Assembly (NCBI RefSeq): GCF_039555335.1
Contig: NC_092647.1
Location: 51,797,740 to 51,861,739, forward strand
Direction: 5' to 3'
Origin: Amphiura filiformis
Lineage: Eukaryota
Length of the DNA: 64,000 nucleotides
The translations under genes and the position numbers were made by a program. The notes beneath the pieces were generated by a model that saw nothing but the letters and a program-made list of their open reading frames with translations, was not told the origin of the DNA and ran no database searches. Positions 13,711 to 25,089 of the stretch are shown here, piece after piece. Within the stretch, counting starts at the first letter, position 1, and every line of letters starts with the position of its first letter.

Positions 13711-13797
13711 CTTAACGACAAGGGGATCGACTTCTTCTTCCTTCATCTTCAAACGTATGCAAAGCAGTGCAGGCGGGAATACCAGACATATCCATAT
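13711..13797 (-). CDS. TRPM-like copy A exon 13, pre-S1 (IWICLVFPPALLCIRLKMKEEEVDPLVVK)
   Basis: aligns gap-free to TRPM '[28 protein letters not shown]' after ..RWK; acceptor ttcaaag, donor GTAAAT; 98% nt identity to copy B versus ~87% intron background; the plus-strand ORF here is its antisense. Confidence 0.6.
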
Positions 13798-14015
13798 CTT
13801 TGAATGAATATAATTAATAAAAATGAGAAATAGGAATTAGCTCTTTTATATAGACTGTGATAGTGTAGGAGCCTACTGCAACAAGAATTGAGAAGACAGG
13901 TTTCAAAGTATAACACTTTAAATCTCAATTTGATTCTACGTTATCCAAAACAGGAATGCGAGTCAACGTTTTCTTTATTCGATTTATCGAGATGCTTTTT
14001 TTTAAATCTGCGAAC

Positions 14016-14241
14016 CTTCCACCTCGGGTTTGATACAGACAAGTTCCCCATCCAGAACTCCTTCAGCATATTCTGTACGGCAGGATGAGCAACGAATTCC
14101 ATGTTGTGAGCAGTGTTTGCCAGATCCAGACAGATAGCCGAGCCCCAAGTATGTAAAACTCGAACTAATGTCAGTGTTGTCAGTTTTCTGTCACTTGTGT
14201 AGTATTCTGATAACACCTCTACGGCAAGCTTGTCAAATAAC
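14016..14241 (-). CDS. TRPM-like copy A exon 12 (LAVEVLSEYYTSDRKL...FVAHPAVQNMLKEFWMGNLSVSNPRWK)
   Basis: matches TRPM '[37 protein letters not shown]'; acceptor atcaacag; weak donor AAG|GTTCGC conserved in copy B. Confidence 0.6.
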
Positions 14242-14634
14242 CTGTTGATAAGCCGAAATATGTTTGATGAAGTCAAGCATATGTAGGAGCATGGTGTTAT
14301 AGGTAAGAAATGTTCCAGGCTAAAATCACCTTTTTAAAGTTCACGCAATTCCGCAATTATCCATTTAGTTCTTTGTTCATATCAATTATGGATTATTAAA
14401 CTTTTTCATCAGGGTTGAAGGTATATGTTTTTGAAGGTAGTGGGGTAGTGGGCACAGGTTGTGATCACGTATTGATACAACCTTGATATCAATTCACAAA
14501 TGCAACGTGATTTCAACACCGAAATTAAAACATTGTTTCAATGTTGACACAACATCAATGTGGCCGCTGGGTATGTGACGTTATTTATTTTAGATCCAGG
14601 GTGTCTACCTTAGAGTGTAGACTGTTTTTCATAC

Positions 14635-14890
14635 CTTCCTCCTTCTTCGTATCTTGTCAACCTTCTAGTTTCATGCAAATCAGTCTCTCTTGCAGCCATC
14701 TCCTTGAGTAGCTTACTAGCAACTAGAGCACCTCCAATAGGTGCCTTGCTCTTCTGCCAGAATAAGATCGCCATCTCTAGACGTCCTTGAAGTACTGCCC
14801 AGATGAAGAGTTCACGAGACGGATTGGAGAATCTATCCACGTCATCTGCCGAAGAGATCATAATGAAAAATATTTGTGAGTTTAGTTCAC
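14635..14890 (-). CDS. TRPM-like copy A exon 11 (..SRELFIWAVLQGRLEMAILFW...ALVASKLLKEMA..)
   Basis: matches TRPM '[33 protein letters not shown]'; acceptor cacag, donor AG|GTATGA; ORF-anchored. Confidence 0.7.
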
Positions 14891-15827
14891 CTGTGCTTGA
14901 AATTCGTGTAAAGATGCGAGAAAGTATTCGGTTGACTTATTGATGTTGATAGTCTCGATTATATATATTTACGATACTCACAGGAATATGTCGCATCATT
15001 CTGTGGATGTGCATTTATAAAGATCATGGTGATTATAACTCGGAACGAGCGAAGATTCAGGAGCTCGTACTCTTGTACCGTGAGCCTTTTTATTTTTCCT
15101 GCACTGATGCACATTTGTTCTGGTTGACATGCTTGGAGAGGTTAAAGTTAGGCAAACCAATTTGCGGAAACATTCGATCCGAGATTCTATCCTGCGACTA
15201 CCAGCCACCCATTCAACCCTAACCTTCCCTAATCCAACAAAATCAAACAGGACAAAGCCACTGCGCATGTATGCATCCCGGGTGATGCGATGACGAAATC
15301 ACCCTACATCTATTACACGTACGGTTGTTGGTCAGCGAAAGACCCGTGGCAACCGACTCATGACTAACGTGCTTGGCGCGCAGTGTGTCCGGGGTTCAAA
15401 TCCCGAAGGAAACAAGCAACTTCTTTGTTGATCTTCTCTCTTTTTCCTTCCTTCTTACTTTTCCGTTGGCCAAAAAGCACGGGCGTTAGAGATAACAATA
15501 CTTTGGGCAGTCAGTTGTGCCCTATATGAGCGCTATGATTGAAGGTGTGCGTCCAACACGTTGTCATTCCATGACGTTGTGTTTTCTACCTCACATTAAT
15601 AATTGAGGACCAACAGTTTACACTAACATTAAAAATTTTTTTGATCAAACATATTCCAGCCTTAAAATTGTACAGGGGTTATGATCAAAATATGAGCTTT
15701 CACAGTGGATATCCAAAATCTGCATCCAAAAATGGGGAATGAGATTGTCTATCTAGATAAGCATCTTTAATTTACTTAGGGAGCAATATCACCCCATTTA
15801 CTCCCAAAGCATACAGTAGATTTATAC

Positions 15828-15924
15828 CTGTGAATGTCTCTTGTAGGTAGAGAGGCTTAAAACTCCACACTGTCAAATCATTGATCACGTTGCCAACGTC
15901 CTTCAAAACCACACTAGTTTGGAC
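15828..15924 (-). CDS. TRPM-like copy A exon 10 (VQTSVVLKDVGNVINDLTVWSFKPLYLQETFT)
   Basis: acceptor cattgcag, donor GTATAA; ~ TRPM 'NDALLTFVWKLVANFRRG'; ORF-anchored. Confidence 0.6.
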
Positions 15925-16181
15925 CTGCAATGGGATACGGGACAAAATAGAATAATGCGAGACAAAATAAAGTGCATCAATCAAATTTCAAATATATATG
16001 TTTACATGAGCTCGAAGTTCAGGATTTAATGTAAGGCCTTGAGAATGGCTTTTTTGAAAATAGTTTGAAAAATCCAAAACGGGCTGAAAATTAAAATACT
16101 TAAATTTGGACAATAAAACAGCCTGAAATCGGTCTACAGCCTTAAAATTCTCATGTCTGAATTGTATCATAATTTACTAAC

Positions 16182-16250
16182 CGAATTGCGATCGGGGTAT
16201 CTTTCCAACTCTTCTGAAAGTAACTCGTATAACATGGAATCAGATTTCAC
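16182..16250 (-). CDS. TRPM-like copy A exon 9 (VKSDSMLYELLSEELERYPDRNS)
   Basis: acceptor ttttgcag, donor GTTAGT; ~ TRPM 'VLTELFSNHFSTLVYRNLQ'; conserved in copy B. Confidence 0.55.
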
Positions 16251-16623
16251 CTGCAAAATAATAGTAAAACAGTTACCAATGACATGGTTTTACAAGTCGA
16301 TTTAACTTCTGCCTTACACTTAGAACGTCGTCGGTATGACATACAATGGCCTACAATGAACCGTCACCCTTCAAGACGGCCGCACATGGCTTTTCATATC
16401 ATGTTGCAAGTACATACGTATGCAATGACGGAAAAGAAAAAGTATGATGAGAATGTTATGTCAGGGACAACTTCGTTTGAATCTGAAAGTTGCGAAGAGA
16501 GCTCATAGTACTCGGTCACTTAATGACGGCTTATACGTTTGTTTACTTACAATACAATACTTAAGAACTTAATTTGTTTTACTATCTTGTGGTTAATTTC
16601 AATGTATGAGTGAAGTACCTTAC

Positions 16624-16759
16624 CGTTCTGTACAAGCAAATAAGTTCCTGTTCTGTCAAGTACTCATAAAAGACTGATTCCTTTGTTGAGAAACAGTTTA
16701 ACAAACTCTACCTGGTCTTTAACGAGGGCTAATCGTAATGATTGGCGGACTTCTGTTAC
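16624..16759 (-). CDS. TRPM-like copy A exon 8 - FRAMESHIFTED (VTEVRQSLRLALVKDQVEFVRLFLNKGIS|...)
   Basis: copy B homolog is 135 nt and reads ..LFLNKGISLYEYLTEQELICLYRT (TRPM 'KFVRLFLENGLNL'); copy A has T4 instead of T3 near 16668-16671, giving an immediate in-frame TGA; boundaries +/-1. Confidence 0.6.
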
Positions 16760-17312
16760 CTAATAAAACACGTAAAGAGGCTATATTCAAAATGTGTTCA
16801 AGGAACAGGTGCGTTAGGGGTTTGCAATAAATATATACTTATATGAGCCCTGGTGGGAGGGTAACATGGAGGCGAGCCGGAAGGAGGGCCAGCAATTTTT
16901 GGCACACATTCATGGGGCGCTTTTAAATAAAACGCTCTAAAAGGTCTTAGCAGAACAGTACTGAAACGCTTATATATGCATATTGTGCTGCTTGTTGCGC
17001 TCGCAATGTGTATCTAGACCATGAAAGGTTTGCAAAATGGGATGTGCAAAGGGGAGGGGGCAAAGATTTTTTTGTTTTGGCAGGCCAAGGGAGACAAGCG
17101 ATTTTTGGCAGGCCGAGAGGGGGCAAGCATTATATGGCACACCATATGGAAATTGTACCCCCGGCTCATAATTATTGCACAGCCCCTTTTACATGCAATG
17201 AATTAGATCCTATAATCATAAATATTTAACAAGTTTTAACCGATCATTATAACGGCTTTCAAACGTCTGAAACATGCCGGGAAACTAACAATATACTAGT
17301 ATATGACCATAC

Positions 17313-17431
17313 CTTGAGAGTCTTCTCCTTCTGCAGCAATCGTTGAGCTAGATCAATTCGGTTCAGTACGGTTGCAAGATGGAGCTGATCTGAATTCTGA
17401 CCGGAGGTATGTAATTTGCCATGATTCTTAG
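17313..17431 (-). CDS. TRPM-like copy A exon 7 (AKNHGKLHTSGQNSDQLHLATVLNRIDLAQRLLQKEKTLK)
   Basis: ~ TRPM '[26 protein letters not shown]'; acceptor aaaag|CT, donor GTATGG; ORF-anchored. Confidence 0.65.
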
Positions 17432-17520
17432 CTTTTATTTGAAACGAAACAAAATAATAACCGTTCATCATCGAATTTTCATAGTATAGGTTACTAGAAC
17501 AAACAGGAAACGGCAAAATT

Positions 17521-17555
17521 ATTCATCATCCAACATCATCATCATCACCATCATT

Positions 17556-17623
<68 letters not shown>

Positions 17624-17635
17624 TGTCATCATTTT
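17521..17635. repeat. (CAT/ATG)n microsatellite in copy A intron 6, starting ~25 nt after the exon 6 donor
   Basis: track ORF 17519..17734 (poly-Met) is this repeat. Confidence 0.9.
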
Positions 17636-17661
17636 CAGCACTATCATCTTTATAACCATAC

Positions 17662-17879
17662 CTTTCAATAATGCTGTCAAAATATTCTCCTCAAGGTTAG
17701 TGCCACTGTCCGTATTGTCATCATCCTCGTTCAATGATAAGACTGTAACCAGAGATTTCCTTTTTGCTATCTCGCGGCACCATTTGGTAAGCTCTATGTG
17801 ACTGGATTTGATTTTCTCGGTATCAAATGCGGAACTCAGTTGAGCTTTAAACTCATTGGCTATTTCTATGGAAAGGCTT
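17662..17879 (-). CDS. TRPM-like copy A exon 6
   Basis: ...KIKSSHIELTKWCREIA..NLEENILTALLK ~ TRPM 'ESWIKWLKEIL..EIVSNAISYALYK'; acceptor atttag, donor GTATGG; ORF-anchored. Confidence 0.65.
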
Positions 17880-18848
17880 CTAAATAATAGACATTGAAAT
17901 AGAGGTATAGTGAAATATTAGTTTAAATCTCATTAGATTGAACATCATAGTATATAATATAATTTTTGGTGTTATTCCAGAAAAAATATATAACAGTTAC
18001 TGTCCTCTACCCTGAGCTACCCCATTGCGTATACTTCGTGAACATTATCCTCATAATATACTAGGTCGATGCAAGGTTTAACATTGTATATAAGTTATAT
18101 ACTTAACTCTACCAGTTTGCCGTCATGTTTGAGACAAGGGAGGGCACTTCAATATGAAATGGATATAGGTGTAGGGCTGGCACTTTCACAGTAAGGTATT
18201 CGGTGAGAGCAACATATAAAATATATAGGGTCATTGGGTAAGAGTATGATTTTTGGCATTCGATGAGAGCAAAATGTAAGACCTGAAAGTAAAGCGTTGA
18301 TGGTTATGGATAGGCTAGTATTTAGGTTTAGATTTCCATCCATGGACGAAATGTTTGAATGTGTACGTGAGCCGTCAATCGTCATTTAATTAAGTATGCG
18401 GATTGGTCACACGCAGGAAAGTAACGCCATGCGTAAATAGACCAAAATGCAGGGCAGTCATCTCTCTCTTACATCGCTCTTACGCCAAGGTAGCTCAAGG
18501 TTAATTCTCACGCGAAGGAAGCAAATCTCACGCCATGAGCTGCCAAAGTATTAAAATCTCACGCATCGTCAAAACATTACGTGAAAATAGCCAATAATAG
18601 TGTAAAAATGGAGCACCAAATGGCTTCATTTGCACTTTCATTTGGGAAAATTTTCACGGCTACTGTAAAGCTGGGGCACATCCTTCAGATACCCCCTCGT
18701 CGCGCAAGCGCAATGGCTGCATGGTGATGACGCGCCGAATGCAAATTTTTAATAAATCATTTTAGGCAATATCTCACGCCAAGCAATCCCTAAAAGTTGA
18801 CATCCCTGGAAAATGTTATCTTGTCGATAGTTTAAGCCGTGTGCTTAC

Positions 18849-19026
18849 CCGCTCTTGTTTACGTCTTTCATACCGAGTTTACGACAAGCAAATGCTAAAA
18901 CATTAGCGGCACCTCCCGAACCGTCTAGAATAATCACTGGGATCTTATTCACTACCACAGTCTCATGAATGGATTTGATTCGCCTATGACCACCTCCAAC
19001 TACAATGCAGACTACAGGTACTCCAC
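18849..19026 (-). CDS. TRPM-like copy A exon 5 (GVPVVCIVVGGG...IPVIILDGSGGAANVLAFA)
   Basis: matches TRPM 'IPIVCFAQGGG..IPCVVVEGSGQIADVIASL'; acceptor tttcaag, donor GTAAGC; ORF-anchored. Confidence 0.7.
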
Positions 19027-19656
19027 CTTGAAATATGGCATAAGAAACAGACGTAGCCTTTGTGAGTACTTGACAGAACAGGAACTTAATTGCTGAATGT
19101 ACAGTGGACAATAATATAATGCAAGAGCACCAACAGCATGATAGCGACTACTGTGTGACCTCTGGTGTTCCTCTTTGAAATTTGACATGTTTCCCTCATA
19201 TATTGAGGATTCTTTCTACCAGGTGTAAGCCCCATTGGGTAAACATTTAACGTTTGACCTCCATAACCCATGTTAAGTTCATTGCTTAAACCAAGTTTAA
19301 ACCCAATCGGACATAGAGCAAAATTTGAACCCGCCATGATCTTAGAGCAGACAAAATTGTTCAAAATACATTATCATAACATTTAACCTCGTTTAGCCCA
19401 ACATGTCAAAAAGTGATTTTTGTGTAAGTTGGTGATCTCTAGGGCTGTTCACTCTCGCTGACAATAGCTAAAAGAATTTTGGTCGCAACATATCGGGATG
19501 AGTAACAAATTTTGGCATATTATTTAAGGAGATTTGTACACTCAAGGTTAAAAGTGAATTGATTATTAATCTAGGTTGAATGGAGAAACTAAGGCTAAAG
19601 TTAAATGATATTGGGTACAGGAGAAGAAAGAATGACTTACTGAGTGACCAACTTAC

Positions 19657-19828
19657 TTCTGGTATAACTTTCCATTCTTTTGACAGCGATCGTTTTTAGG
19701 AACTTGTTCTCTGCTTCAATCTTCACTCTCGTATGATCTGATCCGTCGTCATTGATTAACAAATAATGAGTATGATTCGGATCTAAATGTTGGCTCCCCA
19801 GCTCGTTTGGATCAATCGTAATCGATAT
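19657..19828 (-). CDS. TRPM-like copy A exon 4 (DPNHTHYLLINDDG...)
   Basis: matches TRPM 'LDNNHTHLLLVDNG...EKYISERT'; acceptor ttttatag, donor GTAAGT; boundaries +/-1. Confidence 0.6.
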
Positions 19829-20834
19829 CTATAAAAACAACCATTCATTTTGTTTTGACTTTCTTTTTGTCACCTTTGAAACCAATTATTTTGCTTGTTT
19901 GGTATCATAAACCAAGGAAATATAATAGATTGTATTTGTAACGCATTGTTTCTTTGTGCCGATTTGATTTGCCGACAAGCTATTCATCAAGTGGTACCTT
20001 TTGTTCATGACGTAAGCAAAACGCCCAGCCAGACACAAGTTACCCAATTTTAAAAATTGTATGTTGAATGTTGAATATGTCAGCGCTCAAACCAGACACA
20101 ATAGATGAACAGATGCTGCTGCAGTCCGTTGTCATACACTGACACAAATGATGGCAAGACTCTTATGAGCAACATTTTGTCACAACATTATGATCATGTA
20201 TAAGTTGATTTAAAATCACTTTGTTTTATCATTCCGTTATTGAAAGTGTCTGGTTTATTATGTTGGGGAAGGAATGTTGCAAAAGGGTATAGGGACAAAA
20301 TTGATAGAATTGTGAATGAAGCTGGACGGATTATAGGTGTGTCACGGCGGGATTTCGAAGCTGTTTATCATGTTTATGCTGATCTGGTGAGTAAGACTGG
20401 TGTGATAGATGACTCTGGTCATGCACTTCACGATCGTTTCTCATGTCAGTTGATTCCCAAATCTGGTCGGTTGCACTTGACCAACCGGTATCTTTCCTCC
20501 TTCCTTCGTTCCACAAGCTATTAGATTCTAACTACACATGGGGCGCCGTTCTTTAATAGTAACATGTAATTGACAGAGCTTCCTCTTTTATACTGTGTTT
20601 TGATATTTTGTGGTAATTATTATGTGTATTGTATACATATTTAACTTATTCTGTATGAGCACTCATGAGGGAAATTTCCCTTGTGGATCTAATAAAGTAT
20701 GACTTGAATATTAAAATAATCAAATAAATGACACCATTACGCTGTGCTCCTGTCTTCATGTCCTGTCCTGTTGACATGTTTGATATACTATACCGATCTA
20801 CCATTACATCGTGATATTGAAAAAAGAAACTTAC

Positions 20835-21010
20835 CTCATTCGTTGCCTTTTTGAGTTCCTCTTTCTCTTTTAAGACTGATATTGGCATAATACCAATAGC
20901 AACCACCTTTCTGTTCTGGGCCATTGCTCTTCCAATGGCGTAGTCTCGTAAAGATTCGCCAACATCTTTAGTCATACCAGAGTAAAGCCCTCCTGTAGTA
21001 AGCCATGCTC
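20835..21010 (-). CDS. TRPM-like copy A exon 3 (AWLTTGGLYSGMTKDVGESLRD...VVAIGI)
   Basis: matches TRPM '[29 protein letters not shown]'; acceptor caatag, donor GTAAGT; ORF-anchored. Confidence 0.7.
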
Positions 21011-21304
21011 CTATTGTAATGCATGATCGATATTGTTTGTAAAAATGTAAGGCCCAGATATCATGGTTTTTATGATCTTCCCGATGAACAAATCACTGAA
21101 TGGGCCTTAGGCCAAGATACATGGGAAGTACATAGGCAATGTTAAGAAAGCCCGTTCATGTAGTAGCAAGAATTCTAGGAGGGAAGACTCAAAAGACCAG
21201 TACATATTACAGCAGTTTTGCTTGCCAGAGCTGGAGATAAAACAATAATTATTGGAAAATACCATTTGCAAAAGAAGATGCAAAAAAAAAATTCATCATC
21301 ATAC

Positions 21305-21488
21305 CTGTACTCAATACCGCATTTGCTAAGTCCCGTAAGAATGTCTTTTTGACAGCCGATGATACGTGTTTGATCCCTCGATATCCACCGACAAGAGATA
21401 TTACAAGTTTCGGTTCGCCCAGTTGCCATTGTTTAGTCAGATATTGAGCTGTTTGAAATATGTCGTTGTCTTCGTCAACAATCACAAA
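21305..21488 (-). CDS. TRPM-like copy A exon 2 (MHR: FVIVDEDND...KLVISLVGG)
   Basis: acceptor tgtggcag; matches TRPM '[32 protein letters not shown]'; donor cag|GTATGA; phase 0->1. Confidence 0.7.
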
Positions 21489-21540
21489 CTGCCACAAAAG
21501 TTCAATGTTTTGATCAGTGCAAAATAAAATTAAACACTAA

Positions 21541-21702
<162 letters not shown>

Positions 21703-22418
21703 GGAGCGATATAGGAGGAGACCAGGCCGGAGGAGGAGAGGAAGACGATGAGACGAGGAAGAATGCAGCCGGGCAAAAGGAAGGTCATCTAGGGAAGATT
21801 TAAACATGTGCAAGGTATGACTAGTTGAGATATATTGCGATTTCTTACGTGCTTGTTTACGGCTGCTAGAATGACAGTGGGTTCAATTGAAAATCAGTTA
21901 TTGTTGAGCTATTTTAATTACCGTTCGTTTTGAAGTAATCGTAGACGCAATCATAATCGGCAAGTGCCGGTATAGATTTGCTTAAAGCCATATTGTAACA
22001 TTTCCATAAAAAAGTAGATTAATATTTCTTTTCAATAAAACGTTAGCTTTTACTGTCAGATATGTCCCCCATTAATTTTGAGCCGAACAACTGAGCTAAA
22101 GCAAAGACAATTGGAACTTACTACCAGCGCCGATGGTGCCAGTGCATGTCACGCAATCGGTTGTGTTACGGCACGATCCTTTGATGCGTACCCCCCACAA
22201 TATGTACGTACTGTGACTCTGTGTTATGAATATCGTGTACGCGCGCGTTCCACTAATGTTTCCATCGTAATAATTAAACGACGGTTACTGCGTTTTATTC
22301 AAAATCTCGGATTTTGACAAAACTACGGAGTTTTGATTTTGGGAGGGTATGTTAGTTTAATAAATCCTCCTCAACAAATATTAAAATATGGCTTTATTGT
22401 AAATGTGTAGATACTTAC

Positions 22419-22604
22419 TTCTCTTCTTCTATAATAGTTCGATAACCGATTATTTTTTGATATCTGGTTTTTGAATATGATGGTACCATGGAGAAGCCCA
22501 TTGGCAATTACAGATTGTTCAGGGTTACCGTCCTGTTCATCAGACGCCATTGCGGATGCCATCGTGTTCTGTTCCTCTGTAGATGCTGTCTGTTCTTCCG
22601 CCAT
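22419..22604 (-). CDS. TRPM-like channel copy A, exon 1 (ATG; MAEEQ... N-terminus)
   Basis: ATG at 22604 and the following 62 codons are conserved with copy B; donor GTAAGT; joins in phase 0 to exon 2. Confidence 0.6.
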
Positions 22605-22664
22605 ATCAGCAGATTACGTCATTGGCAGAGTCAGATCTTCCAATAGTATCGGCCTCTGTTGCTC

Positions 22665-22670
22665 TATATA
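22665..22670 (-). promoter_or_regulatory. candidate TATA element ~60 nt upstream of copy A ATG
   Basis: ctcTATATATgacatggg is conserved at the same spacing upstream of the copy B ATG (53153-53159). Confidence 0.3.
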
Positions 22671-24275
22671 TGACATGGGTACTGTATGTTTGTCCACATG
22701 GGACCGTTTGTTCTTTAGAGGGTTCAAGACAAATGACACTTTTTAAAGAAAGTCCAACTTATAATATTTTGTCCCGTATTTGAAAGCATTCCATAAAATA
22801 TTGCCTGAAAAACAAACAAACAAACATAAAAAGATACAATATTCTATTGAAATGGCAGACTATGCATATGCCAGCCATAGCCGATTCTTGATGAATAAAA
22901 AAAAATGTGTTAGTACATGTATGATGAAAGCATTAACTTGAACTCGAAATTATTGAAGTCAATAAAAGAATATATTCCTTTCTCGGAAGAGGTACGCACT
23001 TTGACGTATTCTTGATCTTCTCCTTATGTTGACTACATAAGGTTATGTCTGGTTCGCAAATTCCTTTTTTGAAGGAATGTGGACTGTAAGTAAATTGACT
23101 AGCCCATAATAACACTGTAATCATCTCTCCTCAAAAATAATGTTTACATTTTGTTACGAGACTCAAGGCCAAAATCATCTATTAAAAGGTATATAGTTAA
23201 AACATCGGTCAAAGTTGATCTGTTCAAGAAGTTCAACATTGACGCTCCACAGAAGTTTCTTCAAAATTATTTTAACTCAAATCAATATTAATATAATAAT
23301 ATTTGAAATAATATTACTGTAGATAAACTGTTTTGTATTGAAATTTGGCTTACTTTAACTGAAACAGCACATAAGCATTGAAAGAAATGTATTTAAACAA
23401 AAGTAAAAATGTTGACGAATTCTGAAGTGCATGGTCAAAAATAATTCAAACTTATATTAAAACCATGATGTACGATCTTTTTGATCTAATTTTATTGCAT
23501 GTTTGTAATGTTTACACAAAGCAAATTTGAATTATTATTAGAACACCGCAGTTAATCGGCTGAGATAGTAACTAAGCTATCTTTCATTTTATCTCATTAG
23601 TTTGGCTTAAAATTACCAGCAAACGTTCCTGACAGTCGTTACCAATAATAGTTTTAAAACTTTTGACAAAGAATGATCAAATTAAAATTTGACTGAAATC
23701 GTATAAGGCTTGAATAAAGAACACTACTATCAAAACGCAAAAGTGCATGGTAACAGGAGCCCTGTACAAGTATATGTTACATATTCAAAGTCACATATTT
23801 TGTATACAAAATTAAACGGACTATGGTCAAAAACAGGCAAATATCTGAATTTCACTGTAATCCATTGACTACTGTAATAATATGTCAATTGTTGACAGGG
23901 AATGATTCATATCCCAGGCATATATGTATACATTATTTTTCTAAGGTTTCCATGGGTACTATATACATGAAAAGAAACTTGAATAATTTCCTTTGTTTAC
24001 GATCCAATGATCCGTGAATCCTATATAGCTATATAAGTTCATTACAGGCAGACATATGGGACTATTATCTAGTTACGATGATAGAAATATGGAATAACTT
24101 CCTCTTCAATTTTTTTCCAGTCATCAAAATGCATTACCATATATTTGACCCAAGGATTATTATAGACCTAAGAAAGCATATAAACATATAATTTACATCA
24201 ATTCAAATCAAAACAAATAACTGCATCTTTTAAATTCGGTGGATTTTCTTTGAAATACCACTGTGTTGTTAATAT

Positions 24276-25089
24276 ACTCCTCAACAAACGTTTGGAAAGT
24301 TTTTTCAAGCATCTGTATCTCCAATTATTTGTGACATATTCATATCGTGTTGCATATCACTGGATAGCTACAATACTCCCTTTACAATGACACCCCATTT
24401 GAAACAATAACATTTTTCACGGCTGAGTACGGGCCTTGTGAATGTAGTGGGGTCTCAAACAGAATTTGCCAAATTGACCATTATTCTGTGCTCAAACAAC
24501 GCTAGCCACTAACCTCAATAGCGGATGGAATAACCACAGGCAGTCACAATAGTCAGGCATCTTCTCCTCATGCTGCTCGCCGACCTGGTTACACGTTACT
24601 GTGGGATGGAATTCTATCCTTCTTCAACAAGGATTCGTCGCAGGTCATTCAATGTGCTTCTCTTGCACGCACAGCACGATCAATCTGGTCTGACAAGTGT
24701 TCAATCGGGTTCAGGTCTGGCCCCCGGGTCTGGCCTGATGGCAGGCCATTTTGACTCAACTCCCATATTCTGTAGGTAGTCGTTGACTACCGTGGCTATG
24801 TGGGGCGAGCGGTGTCATCTTGGAGGATTGCATTAGGTCCCAGATTGTGAAGTTATGGGATTGCAGCTTGCTGCACAGAATAATGACCAATTTGGCAAAA
24901 TCTTTTGAGACCCCCACTACATTCACAAGGCGTGTACTCAGCCGTGAAAAACGTCATTGTTTCAAATGGGGTGTCATTGTAAAGAGGAGTATTGTAGCTA
25001 TCCAGTGATATGCAACACGATATGAATATGTTACAAATAATTGGAGATACAGATGCTTGAAAAACTTTCCAAACTTTTTGTTGAGGAGT
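24276..25089. mobile_element. Tc1/mariner-derived non-autonomous element with ~220-bp terminal inverted repeats
   Basis: 24276-24500 is the reverse complement of 24860-25089; the internal minus-strand translation QDDTARPHIATVVNDYLQNMGVESKWPA.SPDLNPIEHLWDQIDRAVRA...LNDLRRILVEEW.NIPQ is the Tc1 transposase C-terminus (third D of the DDE motif), frame-shifted. Confidence 0.75.

Noticed and set aside
14996-15268. Conserved block with ORFs on both strands in copy A intron 10-11 (homolog at copy B 40570-40860)
   Set aside because: Conservation is at the general intron level (~85%). The plus-strand frames diverge between the copies through indels, and the block does not fit between exons that are already contiguous in the TRPM alignment.
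17519-17734. ORF with a 40-residue poly-Met run
   Set aside because: It is the (CAT)n microsatellite in the intron, read through from the end of exon 6.
19200-19350. Micro-exon encoding ..NMGYGGQT (resembles TRPM 'DSNYGGK') between copy A exons 4 and 5
   Set aside because: This frame needs phase 2 in and out, while the flanking exons demand phase 1 in and out. Copy B has a TGA in the phase-compatible frame and a 2-nt indel. Copy B also has an in-frame TAA immediately upstream of the exon 5 acceptor, so exons 4 and 5 join directly. The conservation here is the ordinary intron background.
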